This document shows, one piece after another, positions 8,700 through 17,995 of a stretch of 64,000 nt of DNA. The DNA lies in the IMG/VR virus record IMGVR_UViG_3300022939_001737, positions 1 to 64,000 of that record; one strand, written 5' to 3'. The notes below the pieces were generated by a model. That model was not told the origin of the DNA and ran no database searches. It saw only the letters and a list, made by a program, of their open reading frames with translations. The DNA is from a virus. The position numbers and the translations under genes are program-made. The stretch's first letter is position 1. Each line of letters begins with the position of its first letter.

Positions 8700-9109
8700 A
8701 ACTTGCCTTCTTCTCTCAACTGTGCTCTTATCTGTGTTGCACTAATATTGTGTATCTCTTCACCCAAGTCGTGTTGTGTAAATGTATAACCTACGCCGCG
8801 ACCATAACTAATGTCAACTATGTTTGGTACAAACATTATAACATATTCTTCGCCTTCTGTAAAGCCTTGATTTGCTAATCCTTGTACAATATTCTGTGTT
8901 ACTGTTTCCACATCAAACGGGTTATCATCTTGCTTTACTGTGCGGCCGCCGCCAGCATCTTGACCTACAATACCTCCGACATCTCGAATCATAATACATA
9001 CTTGACCTGTTTCTAATAGTGCTTTTTTAAATAGTGCTGTGTGACCATCGTGCCACGGTTGCCATCTGCCCAGCATTTGCGCAGTAGGCTTTTTCCAATC
9101 AAAACTCAT
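8696..9109 (-). CDS. HIGH-superfamily nucleotidyltransferase (cytidylyltransferase-like)
   Basis: GRWQPWHDGH (HxGH), NPF, ISATQIR. Confidence 0.8.
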   Translation of the reverse strand: MSFDWKKPTAQMLGRWQPWHDGHTALFKKALLETGQVCIMIRDVGGIVGQDAGGGRTVKQDDNPFDVETVTQNIVQGLANQGFTEGEEYVIMFVPNIVDISYGRGVGYTFTQHDLGEEIHNISATQIRAQLREEGKL

Positions 9110-9320
9110 CTTTTACTCCGTAACGAATGTGTTTATACCATATACGCTCGTGTACGTAATACATTATAAACTTTATTATTAAATCTATAACAAATACAGC
9201 GCCTACTGCTTTAGGTGGTAATCCAAATAAAAAAGCTATTGCTGCTGTTGTCAAACTTGCTATCAAACGCCAGGTTATTGCTTTTGCTAAATGACGTTTC
9301 TTGCTTACACGATCTTCCAT
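9099..9320 (-). CDS. DUF2061-like small membrane protein
   Basis: RHLAKAITWR...YYVHERIW signature and two hydrophobic helices. Confidence 0.75.
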   Translation of the reverse strand: MEDRVSKKRHLAKAITWRLIASLTTAAIAFLFGLPPKAVGAVFVIDLIIKFIMYYVHERIWYKHIRYGVKDEF

Positions 9321-9769
9321 TATACTGCTATTATTTCAGTCTCTAAAATATTGATCTGTTGTATTGCATTTGCTAATCTTTCCACGTCTCCGGTTTCTTC
9401 CTTTAGATGTGTTATAATTCTAAAATCAAAAGTTTTCGGTTCTTCAAACATTTTGTTTGTATCTTCAAATCTTCCTTCAGAAATTGTATCTACCCATACA
9501 ACAACGTCTGCTTCAAAAATATGTCTAGTAAGATCAGTAGGACATACAAAATCACAAATAACAGTACGCCCGCATCCTTTTTCGTAATCTGCTAGGTTAC
9601 GCATTCTACGAGCTTGACGTATTCTAGCTTCTTCACTAAATTCCCAGTCATTTGCCATTTTACGCACTTCATCTGCATTATACCACGCACAGTCATTTAA
9701 GTGTTTTTGCAACCTTTCGGCAAGCCAAGTTTTGCCTGCTCCGGGCAGACCCATAATTAATATTTTCAT
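9320..9769 (-). CDS. adenylylsulfate kinase-like P-loop kinase
   Basis: GLPGAGKT, NADEVR, FSEEARIRQARR, DFVCP, FEEP (CysC-like, shortened). Confidence 0.75.
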   Translation of the reverse strand: MKILIMGLPGAGKTWLAERLQKHLNDCAWYNADEVRKMANDWEFSEEARIRQARRMRNLADYEKGCGRTVICDFVCPTDLTRHIFEADVVVWVDTISEGRFEDTNKMFEEPKTFDFRIITHLKEETGDVERLANAIQQINILETEIIAV

Positions 9770-10449
9770 AAATTAGATTCCTTTACAACATCTTTTACAA
9801 GTTGAACATCGTTGGGCAGTCTCTTAAAGCGCATTGCCCAATGTTCAGGGTTGATCACGTGATATACAAGTTCTAGTTGTTCATCATTAAACTTACTTAG
9901 CATTTCTTTTCCACTTGCACAATTAAGTATGAGCCACGGTGATATCTTACCGTCCTTTATATCCCACACTGCCTTGTTAAGACTTATGTACAAAAAGTAA
10001 TGATTCCAAGGAGCACTTTTGTCTTCTGCCCACTCCATCATTGTTTTTACACTACGTTCAAGTGCTGTAGTTACATCTTCTTTTAATATAAAGTCTAATG
10101 CATATTTTTCATACAATGCATCTCTGCACCAATGATCAAGTTTTACTCCACTAGTGACAACATAATCAATGTAACGCTCAGGATATAAAGGGCGCACATT
10201 ACTAATAAACGAACCGAACTTGACGAATGCGTTGTAGTATTGACTGTTGCAAAATTCTTCATATGTTTTTTCTTTCTTTGCGCCTGCACTTAATTTATAA
10301 AATCTTTGAAAGGCATAAAATCCGTGTCGCACACGTTTTTCATCTTTTTGTAAAGCCCTGCGTTTCTTTTCGCACATATGGGCTGCAAGCGTTTTTTCTC
10401 TTACATATCCGCTACCGCAGTATTCACAAGTAAATGGCTTTTCGGACAT
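9766..10449 (-). CDS. hypothetical protein with N-terminal zinc finger
   Basis: FTCEYCGSGYVREKTLAAHMC has C2H2-like spacing. Confidence 0.7.
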   Translation of the reverse strand: MSEKPFTCEYCGSGYVREKTLAAHMCEKKRRALQKDEKRVRHGFYAFQRFYKLSAGAKKEKTYEEFCNSQYYNAFVKFGSFISNVRPLYPERYIDYVVTSGVKLDHWCRDALYEKYALDFILKEDVTTALERSVKTMMEWAEDKSAPWNHYFLYISLNKAVWDIKDGKISPWLILNCASGKEMLSKFNDEQLELVYHVINPEHWAMRFKRLPNDVQLVKDVVKESNL

Positions 10450-11240
10450 TAGTACCCTCGTTGATAAAATTGATTTGTATTGTAGCCTGCATTTTCTATT
10501 GCTTGCCCTATACTATAAAAGTCTGTCGTATCTTCAACGACAGTTTGCATAACGTCTGCAAACTGTTTATCTAAATTTAATTCAAGCAAAGGTGCAATAG
10601 ACTTTTCTAACCAATAGTAATGCATTATAGGTGTAGGGTGTTGATCTTGTATAATTTTACTTTTGTTTGTCCAATCACCTGCACCAGCAAACGTTGTTAA
10701 TTTATCTTTATGATTATCTATGCACCAAGTATATAAATTAGTATCTATCCAGTTACCGTCTTCGACTACATTTTGATATATTGATAAATCTCCAGTTAAG
10801 TCTTGGTGTAAATCTATGCTAGATGTCATAAAAACTTTGCATTTCAAATTTTTTGCAATTGCTGTAGCAGCGTGAATATAATTCCAAGTGTGTAGTATAT
10901 AACTTTGTTCGTCCCATAATTTACGTGCAATAAAAATCTTTGTCGGATCTATATCAGTATCTAATAATAAATTACCACCTTGGTACCAGCTTTCGTGCAT
11001 ACTTGCATCGTCGTATTTCCTATCAAATCTGTGATAGTCGGTCCATTGTATTATAATGACATCATTGGAATTTAATTGATTTTTTAATACTGCTTCAGAA
11101 AATCTTTCAAATATTTGTTTATTGCCTGCGCCTCTATTTGCCCAGTTTTGGAAGTTATCAAAATGAAACCCTAATATATCAGCCCAAGTTGGCCAATGAT
11201 ATCTTGTTAAACTGCATCCAAAGGTTAGTAGCTTGGTCAT
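10449..11240 (-). CDS. SGNH-hydrolase-like protein
   Basis: FGCS, GAGN, QWT and DQHP motifs. Paralogue of 57867..58715. Confidence 0.55.
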   Translation of the reverse strand: MTKLLTFGCSLTRYHWPTWADILGFHFDNFQNWANRGAGNKQIFERFSEAVLKNQLNSNDVIIIQWTDYHRFDRKYDDASMHESWYQGGNLLLDTDIDPTKIFIARKLWDEQSYILHTWNYIHAATAIAKNLKCKVFMTSSIDLHQDLTGDLSIYQNVVEDGNWIDTNLYTWCIDNHKDKLTTFAGAGDWTNKSKIIQDQHPTPIMHYYWLEKSIAPLLELNLDKQFADVMQTVVEDTTDFYSIGQAIENAGYNTNQFYQRGY

Positions 11241-11704
11241 ATTTTGAAGCCTTCAATTCCGTGCTCCTCTGCTAATTGTTTAAGTTCTTTTTTTGTAGAT
11301 AAATTTGCAAGTAGCTCTATCTCATCTTGTTTCATATTTGGATAAATTTTTTCTAGTAGTTTTACACCTTTGCTATTGTCAGCACCTTTTTTCTTAAAAC
11401 CTATCCAAGGATGAAATTCACTTTTGCCTGTGTTACCGCATTGACATAACAAGTACCACTGTAGTTTTGCTTCTTTGTTGCCTAGTACTGCCCAATTCTT
11501 GTTGTAGTATTCGTTTGTTTTAAACACAGCAAGTTCTTGTTTTTCACGTGAGCCTTTAACACTACTCATATACCTATTGAGGTTCCATAAGTCGCCTTTG
11601 ATTTCTTTTTGTCCATCTTCACCTGCTGCGTCATACAGTTCACGCATTCCGCCATCCAGCGCAGGAATCATTTCTTTAAACAAGTCAATGTGTTTGTTGG
11701 GCAT
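11237..11704 (-). CDS. putative clamp loader small subunit (T4 gp62-like)
   Basis: NLNRYMS..NEYYN..LQW..FHPWI..KK pattern and size resemble gp62. Weak recognition. Confidence 0.5.
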   Translation of the reverse strand: MPNKHIDLFKEMIPALDGGMRELYDAAGEDGQKEIKGDLWNLNRYMSSVKGSREKQELAVFKTNEYYNKNWAVLGNKEAKLQWYLLCQCGNTGKSEFHPWIGFKKKGADNSKGVKLLEKIYPNMKQDEIELLANLSTKKELKQLAEEHGIEGFKI

Positions 11705-12392
11705 TCCACGTCTCTACATCTTCAGGAGTATTAATCTCAGTACCATTAAATTGTACACTCAAACAACCAATTTGCCAACCGTTTTTTAACCAACGCAGTT
11801 GTTCTAATTTTTCAACACGTTCTTCTTTTTCAATACGCATATGGTTGTAGCATTGCAGTGCATTCTTAGTGTAACCATATACACCCAAGTGCCATAAACC
11901 GTAACCCGTCATACCTCTACCAAACCATAGTGCAGAGTCTCCGCCACGTACCATTTTTACTGAGCTAGGATCGTTTTGTTTTTCTTCTGGCATATCTGTG
12001 TACACTGTGCTAACTTGATAGTGATTGCCTAGACTGAATTCACACTTTTCAACCATCTCTTGTGTTACGTCTGGCATATCACCTTGTACATTAATAAAAT
12101 AATCATAATCGTCAAACTTGCGACTGTATACTGCACCTGCACATCTTTCTGTGCCGTTTTCGTAATCAGAAGTATCTATATAAACGCCTACGCCTGATGC
12201 TTGTGCTGCCTGTGCAATTAGCTTATGGTCTGTGAGTACATATGTATCATAGCCAAAATCTTTACATTTTTCTGCTACAGTTTGTATCATTGTTTTGCCG
12301 TTTAGCATTGTAAGCGGCTTTCCTGGGAAGCGAGTGCTTCCGTATCTAGCCGGTATAAGAATAGCTGATAATTTCACGCACTGTCCTTTCAA
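11685..12392 (-). CDS. kdsB: CMP-Kdo synthetase (3-deoxy-manno-octulosonate cytidylyltransferase)
   Basis: IPARYGSTRFPGKPL, GTER, INVQGD, HLGVYGY, EKLEQLR. The true start is probably slightly internal. Confidence 0.93.
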   Translation of the reverse strand: MKGQCVKLSAILIPARYGSTRFPGKPLTMLNGKTMIQTVAEKCKDFGYDTYVLTDHKLIAQAAQASGVGVYIDTSDYENGTERCAGAVYSRKFDDYDYFINVQGDMPDVTQEMVEKCEFSLGNHYQVSTVYTDMPEEKQNDPSSVKMVRGGDSALWFGRGMTGYGLWHLGVYGYTKNALQCYNHMRIEKEERVEKLEQLRWLKNGWQIGCLSVQFNGTEINTPEDVETWNAQQTH

Positions 12393-13131
12393 AGTCTTCT
12401 AGTCGTAACATATTAGGTCCGTCACTTGGTGCATTGTCTGGGTCAGCGTGAACCTCTAAAAAGAAATTCCTAACACCCAAAGCACTACCTGCACGACATA
12501 AGCCAGGAACATAATTCCTATTCCCGCCGCTACTACTTCCGTTGCCACCTGGCTTTTGTACACTGTGCGTGGCATCCAAAACCACATCACAATCAAAGTT
12601 ATCAAGCATATAGTTAATGCCGGTGAAATCAACAACCAAAGTATTATATCCAAAACTAGTTCCTCTCTCTGTAATCCAAATTTCAGGCTTATCTTTGCTT
12701 GCACCGTAGCACTTACTCAATATACCTTCAACATCCCAAGGTGCTAAAAATTGTCCTTTTTTGATATTTACAATTTTTCCGCTGCTACAAGCTGTTTGTA
12801 TCAAGTCGGTTTGGCGACATAAAAAAGCAGGAATTTGGTACACATCTACTGCATCTCCCCAGGCATTCAGAGTTACAATCTGTCCTGTGTCGTGGACGTC
12901 TGTCAAAGTTTTTAAACCTTTGATTTGTTCTTTCATACTTCGAAAGTCTTGCATTGTCTTAGCAAGACCTACTCCACGTACACCTGTAATACTTGTTCGG
13001 TTTGCTTTGTCAAAACTTGCTTTGAAATAATATTCAATACCTAGCTTATCACATACACGTTTACATTCCTGTGCAATCTCTAAACTTTGTTCTAGTGTCT
13101 CGTGTTGACAAGGGCCTGCAATAATTTTCAT
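12346..13131 (-). CDS. kdsA: KDO-8-phosphate synthase
   Basis: IAGPC, KASFDKANRTS, QIPAFLCRQTDL, KKGQF, ERG, DATHSVQ, APSDG. Confidence 0.96.
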   Translation of the reverse strand: MKIIAGPCQHETLEQSLEIAQECKRVCDKLGIEYYFKASFDKANRTSITGVRGVGLAKTMQDFRSMKEQIKGLKTLTDVHDTGQIVTLNAWGDAVDVYQIPAFLCRQTDLIQTACSSGKIVNIKKGQFLAPWDVEGILSKCYGASKDKPEIWITERGTSFGYNTLVVDFTGINYMLDNFDCDVVLDATHSVQKPGGNGSSSGGNRNYVPGLCRAGSALGVRNFFLEVHADPDNAPSDGPNMLRLEDFERTVREIISYSYTG

Positions 13132-13457
13132 TCTTTAGTATCCTTTATTAACCAATATGTTGTAACCAGCTTATCCATTTGTTTTTTTAATGTTTCATTT
13201 TCTTCACATAGGTCACATAAATTTTGCCATTCGCCGTAGTGTATTAGATTGCCTTGGGCTCTAGAAACCGCTCCTGGATCTCCGCCTACAATCCATCTTG
13301 GTATTAAATTATGCGGAGCATCTCTATAACGAGCATATACAACACCATCTACACGTTCGTATATTAGTGCTTCATTTGGTTTTAGATTTCCCAACTTGCG
13401 TTCCACTTGTTCTTCGTACAATGTCGTCGTGATTAAATTCAGCCCAGTATAGTTCAA
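13128..13457 (-). CDS. hypothetical protein
   Basis: Core LIYERVDGVVYARY. The start is probably downstream of 13457 (TTG-GNLKP). Confidence 0.6.
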   Translation of the reverse strand: MNYTGLNLITTTLYEEQVERKLGNLKPNEALIYERVDGVVYARYRDAPHNLIPRWIVGGDPGAVSRAQGNLIHYGEWQNLCDLCEENETLKKQMDKLVTTYWLIKDTKE

Positions 13458-13734
13458 ATGCTACACCGTCTTCTAAGCCTTCAAACTGATGAATTTTGCC
13501 AGGCTTTACTTGTGTAAAGTCACCTGCTTCAAGAATAGTTTCATCTACTAGTCCTTGATCGTCTTGCCAAACACGTACAATCATCTTGCCTGATTCAACA
13601 AAAAATCCGTTCCATTTAAATCTGTGTTCGTGTTCTGAACACTTATAACCTGCTTTGTATTCAATACGGTGAAACTCTAAAACACCGTTAGCGTGGATAA
13701 GTTCAGTCTGTCCCCAAATCTTTCCTGCTTTCAT
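13372..13734 (-). CDS. cupin-domain protein (sugar isomerase-like)
   Basis: KIWG, HEH...FFVESG, PGKIHQF. AGGAG Shine-Dalgarno upstream. Confidence 0.8.
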   Translation of the reverse strand: MKAGKIWGQTELIHANGVLEFHRIEYKAGYKCSEHEHRFKWNGFFVESGKMIVRVWQDDQGLVDETILEAGDFTQVKPGKIHQFEGLEDGVAFELYWAEFNHDDIVRRTSGTQVGKSKTK

Positions 13735-13744
13735 TTTGTTCTCC

Positions 13745-13993
13745 TTATAATTTAAATGCTATTACTAACAAAATTGCTACCAATAATATGTTAGTAAACA
13801 TAATTTCAATGGCAAGTATTGTATGATACCATATCCATCTAGTTTTATATGCATTCTCGATTGTTACCTCTGCAGGGTCAACATCATCTTTCATTACATC
13901 TACAACTTTTGGTTTTTCATCTACTGGCGGTAAATCAGCATCTAATCCTAAGTCTTTGTCTTTGACATTTAAAAGTTTGTTAAGCCATTCCAT
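13745..13993 (-). CDS. hypothetical membrane protein
   Basis: C-terminal hydrophobic helix. Confidence 0.65.
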   Translation of the reverse strand: MEWLNKLLNVKDKDLGLDADLPPVDEKPKVVDVMKDDVDPAEVTIENAYKTRWIWYHTILAIEIMFTNILLVAILLVIAFKL

Positions 13994-14011
13994 ACATTAG
14001 TCTCTTTTTGT

Positions 14012-14518
14012 TTACATTAGCAAAGAATATTCAATTACTTCACATTGGCGACTTATATCTTTTACAAAAAATGCACACATAGGATCCTTTTTATCGGTAA
14101 CAGGTACACTAAGCAATTGTCCGTTTTTCATTTTTGGAAAGTACCATTTCACATCAGTGTAAAAATTTTCTATAGTAATCAGTTGAAAATCTGTTTTAAA
14201 ACTTGTTAGAGGATTAAACAAAAATGCTTCAAAGCCTCTATCGTTAATACTCGTTAAAGGTAATATTTCTATGTCGTTACCACTTTCGGAACAGCCAACA
14301 GCTATTGACCAGTCAACAGGCATAGTAATTTCATTATCGCCTATCTTCAACACCATTGCAGGTGCACTAAATGATTCAAGAAAGATTAAAGGAACAAAAA
14401 AGAAATCTGGATTTTTTGGATCCGAATTATCAAGTACACTAAAGCGCACATCGTCTTCTATTTGTTCAGGTAAATCATCTAAGTTGAAACACTCATTGTC
14501 TAAAGTTAATATTCTCAT
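14012..14518 (-). CDS. hypothetical protein
   Basis: 168-aa ORF translationally coupled to uvsW. Confidence 0.7.
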   Translation of the reverse strand: MRILTLDNECFNLDDLPEQIEDDVRFSVLDNSDPKNPDFFFVPLIFLESFSAPAMVLKIGDNEITMPVDWSIAVGCSESGNDIEILPLTSINDRGFEAFLFNPLTSFKTDFQLITIENFYTDVKWYFPKMKNGQLLSVPVTDKKDPMCAFFVKDISRQCEVIEYSLLM

Positions 14519-15982
14519 TTAATTCCAATCCACTTTTTCTATTGTGAATGGGTACTGCGCCTCCTTATAAAATTTCTTTCTTTGGGTAAGGTGCCGCTTC
14601 GCAAACTTACAAGTGCTTGTAAGATCCCATATTTGCACGAAGTCTTTGTCCTTTGCCTTTCTAACGCCTCTACCTATTGATTGGATTACTCTTACAAATG
14701 ACTTGCCTGGTTCTATAAGAACAAGATTAAAAATACGAGGGATATTAATGCCGACGGCAGCAACGCCATACGTAGCAATGACCACGTGATTTGTTCCTTC
14801 GTTAATTTCGTCATATGCTTCCTTTCTGTCCTTTAATTTTACATCGCCTTTTACAAATACACTTCCTGGTATAAGTTCTTGTAGTGCTTCTCCTGCTGAA
14901 ATACGATCTACAAGTATTAGAGTGTTGCCTGATTCTTTTACTGTATTAAGTAGTTTGCCTATATATTCTATTCTATCTTTATTTGTAACTAGATATTTTA
15001 ATTCTTCTTGATAATTGCTGTGTGCTACAGTGTCCATTAGTTGTACAATGTTTACGTGACACTGCGATAGCACACCTTTGTCTTGTAATTCTTTAGCACT
15101 GATTTGTCCAATAACCGGACCAAGACTTGCGTGTATGCTTTCAAACTCAAAACGTTCTTTAGGTACTGTACCAGTTAGTCCCCAACGTATTGGTGCATTG
15201 CGTAGGTTACGTGTAAGCAAGTTTTTAAGAACTTCTGCTTTCGCTTGGTGTACTTCGTCAACAATAATAGTGCTTACACCTTCTAAGAACTCTGCAAGGC
15301 TTAGTACTGCACTGCCGTCTTTGAACTTCTTATCCAGAATATTCAAGCTCTGCCAAGTGCATATAGTGTGAGTCTTACCTAACTCTTTTCTGTCTCCGAA
15401 GTACACCCCTACGTCTAACCCACAATTAATGTAGTCTTCTTCTGTTTGTGTAACAAGTGATTTGTTAGGCACAATTACAAGACTACGTCCGTACGGCTCA
15501 CTTATATGTGACAGTGTTGCAGTTGTAATAGTTTTACCTGCACCTGTTGCAATCTCTTGCAAGCTCTGTGGGTTTTTTAGAAAGTTGTTGATTGCTTCGA
15601 CTTGGTAGTCACGCAGAATAATTTCTTCACCTTCTGCCGGATGACCTTTGGGCCAATGAACACCTTGGTCTGCCCAATAGCGTTCCGTAATTGGTTGCAA
15701 GTCTAGTTGTATAGGATGACGTCTATCTTCGATGTCAACTATTTGGACGTTGTTTTTAGCAAGTACTTGTGTAATAGTATCAAGATGATTAACGTAGCCA
15801 GTACCGCCAATACCAAAGAAAGCAACCTTGCCGTCCCAACGTCCTAGTTTATACTGTGGCATATAACGTGCGTAAGGCACTTCAAACTTGAGGGCATTAG
15901 AAAGCTTTCGACGGACGTCAACTTCTAATCCTTCTAGCTTGATGTTTACTTCGTCTTCAATTATTAATTTGCAACTAGCCAT
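14519..15982 (-). CDS. uvsW: SF2 DNA helicase (UvsW-like)
   Basis: WDGK, LRDYQ, ATGAGKT, DEVH, GLTGT, QSIGRG. Confidence 0.9.
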   Translation of the reverse strand: MASCKLIIEDEVNIKLEGLEVDVRRKLSNALKFEVPYARYMPQYKLGRWDGKVAFFGIGGTGYVNHLDTITQVLAKNNVQIVDIEDRRHPIQLDLQPITERYWADQGVHWPKGHPAEGEEIILRDYQVEAINNFLKNPQSLQEIATGAGKTITTATLSHISEPYGRSLVIVPNKSLVTQTEEDYINCGLDVGVYFGDRKELGKTHTICTWQSLNILDKKFKDGSAVLSLAEFLEGVSTIIVDEVHQAKAEVLKNLLTRNLRNAPIRWGLTGTVPKERFEFESIHASLGPVIGQISAKELQDKGVLSQCHVNIVQLMDTVAHSNYQEELKYLVTNKDRIEYIGKLLNTVKESGNTLILVDRISAGEALQELIPGSVFVKGDVKLKDRKEAYDEINEGTNHVVIATYGVAAVGINIPRIFNLVLIEPGKSFVRVIQSIGRGVRKAKDKDFVQIWDLTSTCKFAKRHLTQRKKFYKEAQYPFTIEKVDWN

Positions 15983-17126
15983 AGTATCTTGAATACTTTC
16001 TTATTGGACTTATATCCTCTTCTCTATATACAACTAAGTCACAGTTATGTGTAACATAACTGTCAACAAAACGATCTATTCTACTATTATAGCAGAATGC
16101 AGTTGTAGGTATCCATTCGTTGTTGACTAACAACTTCGGAAGTTTATTAGTACTAATATACACTATTTTTGTTGTCTTGTCAACCCAATTGTTCAACTTT
16201 CTATCGTGTATTAATTGATTAAAACTTGAGTCTTGGCCTTCTTGTCTAAACAGTACACTTTGTTGTTCAGGCTCTAAAATATCTCTAAAGTAGCTAATAC
16301 ACTCATAAAGCTGTACTTCTGCAGATTTTTCTTCAAGTAATACAATTATAGGAAATCTATCTAAATTCCACAAAGCTTGAAAAATTTGACTATTAGTTTC
16401 AACAGAAGGCTTACTTACATACGTAGGCCTTGCTCTAGTAGCAATTTTTTCTTCTAGTGTGGTGGGTTGTATTTCTCCTACAAAAGAAAATCCGTATTTG
16501 AATTTTTTATCTATCAAATTTATTTTGTTTTTGTTTGTAATATAAGGTTCTAGGTTTTTGTGTACATTCAATAGCTTGCCGTCAAAAAGTCCACTTAAAT
16601 GATTTTCTGGGTGTTCCCTAATAGCACATAATTCATCATACAAATTTAAAAGTTCTTTATCAACTTCAAAACTTTTATTAGAAAAGCTGTCTAATATAGC
16701 AAGCACGTTTCTTTCTGTATATCCGAACCAATGCTCGTGCGTACCTTTGCTGTGCCTATAATCATCACACTGATAGCTGATACTATTAATCTCCATTATT
16801 TCTGATTTTCTAAATGGAAATCTAATTTTTATTTCGTCACCGACTATCTTTATGTATTTGCTTCGATCTATTTCTCTTAAAGGTTGTCTAAGCTCTTTTA
16901 CAGCATAATCAAAGTCGCAATCTAAATTTACAAATTGTGTTTTGTATTTTTCAAGTTTTTCTTGCATTAACATAAACTGTCTATCTGTTAATGCTGTACC
17001 TTTGAATACCTGCCTAGCAATACTGTGCATTATTGTTATATCAGAGTTATCAAGAGAAATTTCTGGTCCTTGTATAAGTCCTGCTGATAGTTCTAGTAAA
17101 TCTTCTATTGTAGCTATATTATTCAT
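15975..17126 (-). CDS. hypothetical protein
   Basis: 383-aa ORF with its own sigma70 promoter, upstream of uvsW. Confidence 0.75.
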   Translation of the reverse strand: MNNIATIEDLLELSAGLIQGPEISLDNSDITIMHSIARQVFKGTALTDRQFMLMQEKLEKYKTQFVNLDCDFDYAVKELRQPLREIDRSKYIKIVGDEIKIRFPFRKSEIMEINSISYQCDDYRHSKGTHEHWFGYTERNVLAILDSFSNKSFEVDKELLNLYDELCAIREHPENHLSGLFDGKLLNVHKNLEPYITNKNKINLIDKKFKYGFSFVGEIQPTTLEEKIATRARPTYVSKPSVETNSQIFQALWNLDRFPIIVLLEEKSAEVQLYECISYFRDILEPEQQSVLFRQEGQDSSFNQLIHDRKLNNWVDKTTKIVYISTNKLPKLLVNNEWIPTTAFCYNSRIDRFVDSYVTHNCDLVVYREEDISPIRKYSRYYG

Positions 17127-17132
17127 ATATTA

Positions 17133-17161
17133 AGTATAGCTTAAAATATCCTAGATGTCAA
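17133..17161 (-). promoter_or_regulatory. sigma70-type promoter
   Basis: TTGACA (17161-17156), 17 nt, TATACT (17138-17133), 6 nt, ATG. Confidence 0.75.
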
Positions 17162-17995
17162 TCTATTAAGTGGTAAACCGTGTTTAATTTCTTCTATTGT
17201 AAATTCAGTCCAGGCATAATCGTTACGCCATTGTATCCTATCTGGCATTACAGGATTTTCTATATCGTGTATGAATTCTATGTTATTGCCTACATCATAG
17301 GCAAGAGAAGAAGGACTTACAAATGCAGGAACACCAGCAAGAATAGACTGGCATCCTGGATTACTACTATGACTTATAGTAGCCCAAACGTTATCAAATT
17401 CCATATCAAAGTTATCGTATGTACCTGTAATGTGCTTTGGCTCTTGCCTTATCACATTTCGTAATCCACGTTCTATGTGTTCTAGTCTACATCTAGGATG
17501 CGGACGGAATATTATAGGCCTATCAGTATATTTACGTATTTGGTCATATGTATCCAAGAACCAATTACTCATACTAGGCATATTTTGCCATTGTAAACTC
17601 TTGTTATGTTGTCCGCAAATAAGTATGTATTCTCCATCTTTGCGCCAAGGTTTCAAACTCATTCCAAACGCACTGGCACGATGGTTAGTATTGTTCAATT
17701 CGCCAAAGTATGCATCTTTGTTTATACCATTAAGTCCTACTTTCCAAGTAGTGCCTCGTTGTATGCCGCCTACTTCAAGTACGATTACTGGTTTATTTTT
17801 TTCAATACTCTCATCCCAGATTGACTTGTTCTTAGACATTCTCCCATTCCAAAGAACACTCCAGATAACATTAATATCACAATCCCGAGTGTTATAAGAA
17901 ACACTATGGCCAGCACCCATAATACTATAAGCAAATGCATCAAAAACTGGTCTACTATTAAGCGCACCATAATCAGTCCATAAACTAAATTTCAT
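17141..17995 (-). CDS. GT-B glycosyltransferase, KpsS/KpsC (capsule synthesis)-like
   Basis: ILICGQ, IIFRPHPR, ISHSSNPG..SILAGVP. Confidence 0.6.
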   Translation of the reverse strand: MKFSLWTDYGALNSRPVFDAFAYSIMGAGHSVSYNTRDCDINVIWSVLWNGRMSKNKSIWDESIEKNKPVIVLEVGGIQRGTTWKVGLNGINKDAYFGELNNTNHRASAFGMSLKPWRKDGEYILICGQHNKSLQWQNMPSMSNWFLDTYDQIRKYTDRPIIFRPHPRCRLEHIERGLRNVIRQEPKHITGTYDNFDMEFDNVWATISHSSNPGCQSILAGVPAFVSPSSLAYDVGNNIEFIHDIENPVMPDRIQWRNDYAWTEFTIEEIKHGLPLNRLTSRIF

